In this document: piece by piece, positions 55,113 to 64,000 of the stretch
Layout of the letters: every line of letters begins with the position of its first letter
Position numbering within the stretch: position 1 is the first letter of the stretch
NCBI GenBank assembly: GCA_964016885.1
Contig: OZ024742.1
Location: 83,452,001 to 83,516,000 of the forward strand
DNA: 64,000 nt
From: Eledone cirrhosa
Taxonomy: Eukaryota
Direction: 5' to 3'
Notes under the pieces: generated by a model
Seen by the model: the letters and a program-made list of their open reading frames with translations, nothing else
What the model was told of the DNA's origin: nothing
Databases searched by the model: none
Position numbers and translations under genes: made by a program

Positions 55113-55737
55113 TAATAACAATAATAATAATAATAGTAATAATAATAAATTTGAAACTAAAATCCCAAGAGGGCTCGATAAGGATAAATATATATCAAAT
55201 ATATAAGAACCGTAGAGCAAATATTTATTAAAATAACAGATTAAAGTTTAAGCAAAGAATCGCTGCTTTCACTCTTAACGGGATCTTCTGAAACTAACAA
55301 AGTCAATCTGTGAACGCAGAAGTGAATATTTCAAAAAACGTTGCAACCGGAGGAAGACAGGAAGACGATACTTTCGTTCGTGGAAACGTTCCCTGGCAAA
55401 GAACGGGAAAAAACGGATATAATACGTCATTATTGTTCAAGAATAAACAAAGTAAACAAAGAGATGCAAAAACTCAGTCTTATTAGGTTCACGCTTGGAA
55501 AGAGGCTTTCAACGTACCGGATAAGTCATTCTCCCGAAAATAGTAAAGTTCGGAGAGAGAGGAGAGACAAAGTTGGAAAATGTATGCGTTTTGAAGAAAT
55601 ACATATGTGTTTGTATGTATGTTTATATGGATGTGTGTAGGGCGTACATGTATGCATATATATATATGTGTGTGTGTGTGAATGTGTATGTAAAATAAAT
55701 ATTTATATATACGTATATATATGTGAGTGTGTATGTA

Positions 55738-55778
<41 letters not shown>

Positions 55779-55847
55779 TATGAAGAGAGAAGAAACATTT
55801 AGATATAATTAGTAATAAAATGTATCATACCTAAACTGCTCCTAAAT

Positions 55848-55937
55848 TCCTCGACTACGTAGTTTCGTGGCATAAACAAAAACAATATATCATAAAGACA
55901 TAGAGTCCTTGCGAGGTCTGCCGACTTATCAAGAGGA
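55848..55937 (-). ncRNA. Hammerhead motif copy, variant core
   Basis: Reverse complement of 56865-56954. Confidence 0.65.
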
Positions 55938-56442
55938 TACCTCATTTTACTAGTCTCAAGAACGCGTCTACACGACGTGAGAAAGAATCCCAAAAGGCGG
56001 AGGGGGAGATAGTCACGCGATATAACGGTCGAGAAACAGAGCTAAGCCTCTTATAACCTCGAAGAAAATACCACGGAGGCGGAGGGGGTACTTATATCGA
56101 GGCCGCAGAAGAGGTGGTGAAGAAGGCAAGAAGTATGAGTAATGGAAGCTTTCCAGCTGTCCCCACACTTCAAAGATTGCTCGACCAGAGGGAGTTATTA
56201 ACAATATATTTAGAAACACACAGATACATGCGGACACACACATATATACATGAATGCATCCGCACCCAACTGTGAGTTAAGGGTGCCAACTTCACCGATG
56301 TTGCTCAATGAATGACTGGGACAGACCAATTCAGTTGAACTAGACTGAACCAGTATCAGAGTTAAAAATACATTATGAAGAGAGAAGAAACATTTAGATA
56401 TAATTAGTAATAAAATGTATCATACCTAAACTGCTCCTAAAT

Positions 56443-56532
56443 TCCTCGACTACGTAGTTTCGTGGCATAAACAAAAACAATATATCATAAAGACATAGAG
56501 TCCTTGCGAGGTCTGCCGACTTATCAAGAGGA
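56443..56532 (-). ncRNA. Hammerhead motif copy, variant core
   Basis: Reverse complement of 56865-56954. Confidence 0.65.
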
Positions 56533-56864
56533 TACCTCATTTTACTAGTCTCAAGAACGCGTCTACACGACGTGAGAAAGAATCCCAAAAGGCGGAGGGG
56601 GAGATAGTCACGCTCTGGTCGAGCAATCTTTGAAGTGTGGGGACAGCTGGAAAGCTTCCATTACTCATACTTCTTGCCTTCTTCACCACCTCTTCTGCGG
56701 CCTCGATATAAGTACCCCTCCGCCTCCGTGGTATTTTCTTCGAGGTTATAAGAGGCTTAGCTCTGTTTCTCGACCGTTATATCGCGTGACTATCTCCCCC
56801 TCCGCCTTTTGGGATTCTTTCTCACGTCGTGTAGACGCGTTCTTGAGACTAGTAAAATGAGGTA

Positions 56865-56954
56865 TCCTCTTGATAAGTCGGCAGACCTCGCAAGGACTCT
56901 ATGTCTTTATGATATATTGTTTTTGTTTATGCCACGAAACTACGTAGTCGAGGA
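56865..56954 (+). ncRNA. Type I hammerhead ribozyme motif, variant core, long stem II
   Basis: tcctc-TTGATAA-gtcggca...tgccac-GAAAC-tacgta-GTC-gagga. Confidence 0.68.
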
Positions 56955-57212
56955 ATTTAGGAGCAGTTTAGGTATGATACATTTTATTACTAATTATATC
57001 TAAATGTTTCTTCTCTCTTCATAATGTATTTTTAACTCTGATACTGGTTCAGTCTAGTTCAACTGAATTGGTCTGTCCCAGTCATTCATTGAGCAACATC
57101 GGTGAAGTTGGCACCCTTAACTCACAGTTGGGTGCGGATGCATTCATGTATATATGTGTGTGTCCGCATGTATCTGTGTGTTTCTAAATATATTATATAT
57201 ATATATATATAT

Positions 57213-57283
<71 letters not shown>

Positions 57284-57864
57284 GGGGGAGAGAAAGAGAG
57301 AGAAAAAAAAAGAGACAGAAAGAGAGAGAGATGGTATCTATATCTACATGTGCGTCCAACTATCTCAGACTGAAACAAAATGGCTTTTAACATGTCAGTA
57401 CATTTCAAACGATTCTTTGTGTTGATAATATGGCGTTGTGTTAATCACTCGTTTCACAACGATATTCCAGTAAAGTATCTACCAGCGGAAACTAGATTAT
57501 TGACTGTTCATTCATGTGCAGTAAGCTTTACCATGAAATCCTATAATAATACACGTTCACTGTTTCAGAATTTGCTTCGTAGTTCAGACCGTTAATTATA
57601 ATAATTGCTAAAAGTATATAAAGCAAAAAAAAAAAAAAGAAATGTTTAAACCAAAAAACAAGAATGAGAAACCGCTCAAATAGAATCCGATTGTGAATTG
57701 CTTAAAACTGTAAAAAATAAAATACAGAAAATTGAAGACAAGGAAAAAAATGAAGTTGTAATGATTAAAATTTCAAAGACGCGTGTAACTACGTCTACTA
57801 CAGAAGCTACAAAATAAGAATAATAAACATTTGAACAACCATAACAAGAAAAACAATATGAGCC

Positions 57865-58050
57865 ATGGCTGCGGTTGCTGCTGCTGCTGCTGCTGCTACT
57901 ACTACTACTGTGGCTACTGCTGCTGCTGCTACTATTACTACTACTACTACTGCTGTGGCTACTATTGATACTACTACTACTACTACTACTACTTCTACTT
58001 CTACTACTACTGCTGCTACTACTACTATTAATACTACTATTACTACTATT
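57865..58050. repeat. (GCT)n/(ACT)n compound microsatellite
   Basis: Direct reading. Confidence 0.95.
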
Positions 58051-58054
58051 ACCC

Positions 58055-58758
58055 AGGCACGGAAGTGCTGTCAGACGGACCTGCTCGAGATGCGCGCAGA
58101 GCGACGAAACCGTTCAGCACGCACTCGTCTAGTGTCCATGCATTACTGACTTGTGGAGTTATGTCGAACAGCTGTTGTCGCGTGTAGAACGGATCCGGCT
58201 ATCGGCCGAGTCCATAGTGAAGATCGACCCGCCGCCTTCTTTTGGCCAGGAAGGGCAGGCAATTTTCCTCTGTCTGGTGGCAGTAGCGAAAGAGGTTGTA
58301 TGGTGGACGAGGTTGAAAGGACTGAAGACAGACACTTTTATCTTCGGCTAATCCCTCATCAACTTTTCAAGTTTCACTTGGAAAGGAAGGTGAGGGTGGA
58401 GAGAGAAGTGCTGCCCCCCAGTACATTTGCTGAAAGGTGGGTGAATGTGGCGAAAATGGCCCGTGTGAGTGGGCCTACTCTGGTCATGTGGCTGTAGGTA
58501 GGTAAATTTGAGGAGGAGAGGGGTGCCCTTCCAGGGTGCTCTCGAAGCGTCGGGTCGTTCAGGATTGGTGGGGTACCTGAGCGAACCCTGGGTGATCATC
58601 CCCCTATTGGGGAATTTTTTCTTGTTGTAATTTTATTGTTACTTTGTTATTGTTATTCATATTGTTTACTCGATTTTTCTGTAAAACCCCACTGTCCCAG
58701 TCTTTTGTATTGTCCCCTATATGTCGGCCCTTTGTGGCCAATAAATGAAATCATTATT
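58055..58758 (+). mobile_element. 5'-truncated Tx1 LINE 3' fragment
   Basis: HGSAVRRTCSRCAQSDETVQHALV and WWTRLKGLKT are homologous to copy B; 3' UTR ends aataaatgaaatcattatt. Confidence 0.92.
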
Positions 58759-58774
58759 CATTACAGATAAGATA

Positions 58775-59008
58775 AGGGTGGTGGATTGGCAGACTCGGTA
58801 AAACGTTGAACGCCATGTTTTGCAGTATAGTGTTACGGCCTTTTTTAATCGAGTTCAAATCCCACCGAGGTTAACTTTGCCTTTCATCCTTACGGGGTAA
58901 ATAAAATAAAGCACCAGTGACGTACTGGGGGCCGATTTAATTGACTTTCCCCTCCACCCACCACCCACCACCACCCCCACCCAAAAAACTGGCCTTGTGC
59001 CTATACTA
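58775..59008 (+). mobile_element. SINE S1 long form with 28-bp flanking direct repeat
   Basis: gaaatcattattcattacagataagata at 58747-58774 and 59009-59036; A-box and B-box plus central block. Confidence 0.92.
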
Positions 59009-59301
59009 GAAATCATTATTCATTACAGATAAGATATGCTGGAACCTACTTGGTATTTCCTTGCAAAAATAGTAGAAAAATATCTTTCACCGCTCGTCGA
59101 TTTGGCTGGATGAATACAACACTCAAACTTAATGAAAACGTTGTGTGTTTACTGGTTTAAAAATGACGTATCTGCAAATATACAATATAGTTATTTACCA
59201 TGAATAATTTATTTTCTTTCTTTGGACAACTACGTTTACAGATTGTATAAATATGCCATCTGAAACCTGTTGGAGATGTCTAAAGACAGTTTGGCAATAT
59301 A

Positions 59302-59502
59302 CGAGTGTCGGGTGAAAAGTTCATAGGGTGACTATGAAAGAATGATACAGGTGCTGTGTAATCTTGCAAGCATTAATTTCAACTCTTCTTATTAATAACT
59401 GCATTGTTTCTTTCTAGGGACTATGTTGAATAATAAACCTCATTTTGTAATCTTGCTCAGCCTATGAACTTTTCAGCCTAAGAACTTTTCAAGCGACTCT
59501 CG
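59302..59502. mobile_element. Mariner-type MITE, ~200 bp, TA target duplication
   Basis: TA-cgagtgtcgggtgaaaagttcatagggtga ... tcagcctatgaacttttca(duplicated)agcgactctcg-TA. Confidence 0.8.
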
Positions 59503-62500
59503 TACTTTCTTGTCATGTCCATGCAGTTAAGACAATATTTTCTGTAACAAAATATTTTGGTTGAAGTAGTTGATAAAATATTTCTAATAACAATTTATGA
59601 AATATATTCTGATATGCTGCTGATATTTGAGTTTGGGTGATTAGCTTCATTTTCCATTCATTAAATAATATTTCCTAGTGTTTCTTTGTAAGGAACTATT
59701 AAATAGCATTCGGTATGTTGTTTATAAATATGCCTCCAGTTGTTGCTGTCTCACAAATCTTCGGTTAATTTCATAGTTTATTTTGCTTCATTTATTTCTC
59801 TTTATATACATATTCATTTCTTACAGCTGTCCTTGGCTAATTACATTCCTCCCTAGAGTCTTCCACTTGTTTTAATTGCCAATACATGGTTGATTTCCAA
59901 TTTGTATTTACTGAGCTTCTCAGATAAAGTGTTTATTTATTTATTTTCATGGAAGACAGTAATTTTCAAATCTACAATCTATTTTCTCTTTGCTTAGATA
60001 TTTATTTTCTTGTTTGGCTATTCATTCAGTAATGTTTGCAATGTTAGATGCACTACAGTATTTTTCTTTTACCTTTTTTTTTCACAGAGGTACATTTCAT
60101 TTTCCATATAATCTGTGCAAGCATTTTTTTATTTTGTTTACTTTGATGCTACAATGATAACTTCATAAATTGCCACGTTGCTAGTCCTTATGACATGTTG
60201 TTTTTGATATCTCAACTAAAGTATTTTGCCCTGAGTGGAATTTATTATCCATTTAGAAGAACATTTTGACGTAATATCATGACTATTCCACGTAGTGACT
60301 TCCACCCAAATAGAAATCAAATGAAGGCCATGCCAACCATTATATTTAAACACAATTTGCAGATGAGAAATATGACAACGCTATCTAATATTTGTCAGTT
60401 GGCTGCCGGTATTAGGAGCAAATTTTTAAACTCAATAAATAACAGCCACGTTCCATTCAAATTACCCTTTACCATCTTTACACATTGGAAGGACACAGAC
60501 GATGAAATTAAAAGAAGACGACGTCGTCAAGGCCTGAAGGCGTTTAACTGGACGATTTGCATGTTTCGGTGGAACTGAAGTAAACAATAGTAACAACCCT
60601 TTTATTGGTGTAGACTAAGTTGTCACACCTAATACCAGAAATACCTCATGATTCTCTCTTAAACCATAGCCTATATCATTAGAAATGAAGGACATAATGT
60701 ACTGTGCATCCATACATATTTTGCGCTTGACGAAATAATTATATTCTCAATAGTTTAATTTCAAAGTTTTGTTCCTTGTATTTTCAAATTGGTATCTAAT
60801 CAAGAGTGACTTCGAATGTAATATGCAGTCTCAACTACATATGCAGCAATTATATATACTGACTCAATTCAATCAGATAGCCAAACATTTTCCTACATAC
60901 GTATTACTTCCTTAGTTATAACTCAATGTTTTAATTCTGATGAACTTCATTGTAAAGTAATTAAGCCCTCTGCAAATTATGATTTCGATGGGGTTTTACG
61001 CCACGATAAAATTCATTTCATTTACATTATCAATTTTTTTCTAGGTGTTGAAAACACAACTTAATAAAATGTAATAACCCAACACGTCAAGGTATATTCA
61101 TAAACTGATAGCTAAACTGATACAAATGAGGAAGGCAGAAGAAATACTCCACCGTTATATTCCCCTTTAACGTATCTGTTGTATCAATTACTGAAAGAAA
61201 CCCACATTAAAAGGTACACACTGCTGATGGATCTAGGGACAATACAGACAACGACTCTTTCAACAATTATTCATATATGTTAACTATTATTATAGATATC
61301 TGCATTGTGGTAAACATTGCTTTGTATGTGATGCAGTACGCTAAGATATCTTTCTCTCTTCTGTTCCATGCATTCAAAGGATTGTAGTTTAGTTGCTGAA
61401 GTTGGTACTTCATCGAAATACTGTCTCCTGTGTGCATTACGTGCAATATTTCTTAGGTGAAAAAGGTCTGGACTATGTTTTCGATTGACACAAAGTTTGG
61501 GGATTAGAAGATTTGGCACAATTCCGCTGCTGTGTGGGATGAGCGAATAAGCAGTTTCTCCTAGTTTCTTCATGCTAACAGGCCAGGTCTCGTTAACGAA
61601 GAATTTACAGTTTACTTGGTATTTATTTTTCCCGGGTTCTCCATTTCTCATAGTTTCTTATTTACCTTTATCTGGCATCTCTTCATCATTCTGCATTTGA
61701 TGTTATCATTTGCTTCACTTGTTCTTATTATCTGACAATAAGAACTGATGTTTATGGCTGTAGTAGCTATGGTCAAATGTTTAGTCTACACATAGTAACA
61801 ACTACAACAGCAATATAGTGATTCTTAGTATAAGTACTAGTTCGCACGATTTAATGGATTTTTGTAATTGAACTGGTACGTTTTGCAGAACGGTTGCTCA
61901 GAGGGATAAAAAGGTGACGTGGAATTCGTGATATTTGAAACTCTGAATATAGGGACTTAATCAAATACCATAAGGTGCTCTTCAGGTTCTGTCATTTCCT
62001 GCACTTTTCTGATGTTTGTGAAAAAGAATAACAACATTAGACTTTTATAAGAAACAAGAGAAAAATTAAAAAAAGATGTTATTAACCTGAGAAACAACAT
62101 GCACAATGATAATTGCAACAAAATATATAGCATTCATAGAAGAAACATCATCTCGACAACAGCAATAAAAACAGAAAAGAAATATGACAGTGTAATCATA
62201 ACATCCGATACACAAAATATGGCGGATGAGAAACTAGTCAATAGTTGTTCTAAAATATGCAGTGATAACAATATAGCAAACAGCAATAACAAATATTAAT
62301 TAAAAAACAGGAATGGTTGAAATAGGCAACACGAATAACAATAAAGATGAAAAATAATGAGTTGGGTTTATTTTGTTTATATGAAGTTTCCATACTAAAT
62401 ATATGTCGTGTGGAATATTCGAAATTTCATCAAGTATTTTCCCTAGCTTCTGAGATACAAGACATACAAGCATATGTGTGTATATATGTCTGTGTGTAAA

Positions 62501-62564
62501 AATATAAACACATAAATACTAGTAATCATACACACACACACACATAAATACAAACGTGCATTTA

Positions 62565-62851
<287 letters not shown>

Positions 62852-64000
62852 TTCCTGTCAAAACATTAAAAATATCTGTATAAGTTCGATCAGAATAAGC
62901 GGTAGAACAGGAAATTTGATGAATTGAAAAAAATAGAAACCAAAATTTTAAAAGTTACTGAATTAAATAAGTCTAAAAGTGAAAATAAAAGTACTACTAA
63001 AACATAATAACAACGATAACGACAACATTAATCATAATAATAATAATACAACAACTAATAATAATAATAACAATAATAATAGTAATATTAATAATAATAT
63101 AACGATAATAATTGTAGTTATATAAAATAATGAAAAATGATGGTTAAAATATTAACATCCGCACCAAATATTGAAATGCACAATAAGAAACTAAAATAAC
63201 AGATAAACGGAAAAAAGGTCAACAAAATAAACATCTCCAAATAAATATCGAAATGAAAATATCAACACCAATAATTCTAGATCCGAGAAATGACATCGAT
63301 TGTTGCAACCATAAGCAGCTAAAAACATTTTTGAATTCATATCCACTCCCATGATTCCAAATATTCTGAAACATCTTGTTTTTATGATTAGATTTATTTA
63401 TTGTTTAGGTAAAATTATTTTTAGAAGAACGTGATTTTTGTACATTGTTTATTTTTGTACGTTGTTTTTTAAAGAATTAGCTGCTTTAGAATTGGTTTTC
63501 CTCAATTTCTATGAAAGAATTATCTGCACTTGCTGTAAGCATTCCCATATGATTATATATGGCATCTCGTAAAAGATTGTCAGTAATCATTCTTTATCAC
63601 TTGTTGTGTAACTATTTGGTTATTTGGTAATTCTATGAGCAATGTATTATGTTGATTATACCATATATATTACACGGGAACAAGACCAAGCGATGTGTAG
63701 TACATGCTTCGTTCTTATTTCAAAGTATCCGAAATTATGAGAAAGAAAGCCGCCTTCTCCAACAGTATAAATACTGAAGGACAAAATAATTTCAATTGCA
63801 ACGAAGAGTGGAAAGCTGAATGTCTCGTGTAATTAACCCTTTCAGAAAGACGAATATACTACTGACTTGGCTGGAAACAATAAAAGAAATATTATTGTAG
63901 TGCATGGAAGATGCAAGTACATATTTTGTAAGTGTAACTAGAGACCAAGCAAACGTGATTACAGAATATCAGGATATGAAGTCAGGGCGAGTGAGAGAGA

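Larger units (their letters stand above)
55773..57195. mobile_element. Penelope-like HHR-bearing repeat: one sense copy (56613-57195) preceded by two inverted partial copies (55773-56190 and 56204-56612)
   Basis: The identical 64-aa ORF appears three times (minus, minus, plus); (TA)n at both ends. Confidence 0.9.

Noticed and set aside
27940-58758. Idea that the 58-kb Tx1 fragment is the missing 3' end of the 28-33-kb copy moved by an inversion
   Set aside because: The two overlap in the zinc-finger region and differ in sequence there; an independent 5'-truncated copy is simpler.

Overview
AT-rich, repeat-saturated animal genomic DNA with no host protein-coding gene that I can support. The SINE families, the (TA)n/(CA)n/(AAT)n density and the LINE set resemble an octopus/cephalopod genome (inference). 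Established element classes present: four Tx1/L1-clade LINE copies (CCHC ORF1, APE endonuclease, RT), two fairly well-preserved and two decayed R4/Dong-type RLE LINEs, RTE remnants, about a dozen tRNA-derived SINEs, two small Tc1/mariner-type MITEs, a 33-bp minisatellite and many microsatellites. The less obvious signal is a dense set of minimal type I hammerhead-ribozyme (HHR) motifs from several unrelated Penelope-like terminal-repeat families. Many of these sit in fold-back (inverted-duplicated) insertions inside (TA)n tracts. One ~190-bp family folds back at the same place, the putative HHR stem II, in every copy, and one copy carries a mariner transposase fragment in its loop. A second signal is a 12-kb stack of Tx1 and Dong LINEs that share (AAT)n targets in opposite orientations. 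All calls were made by eye, without database searches or folding software, and boundaries of decayed elements are approximate.
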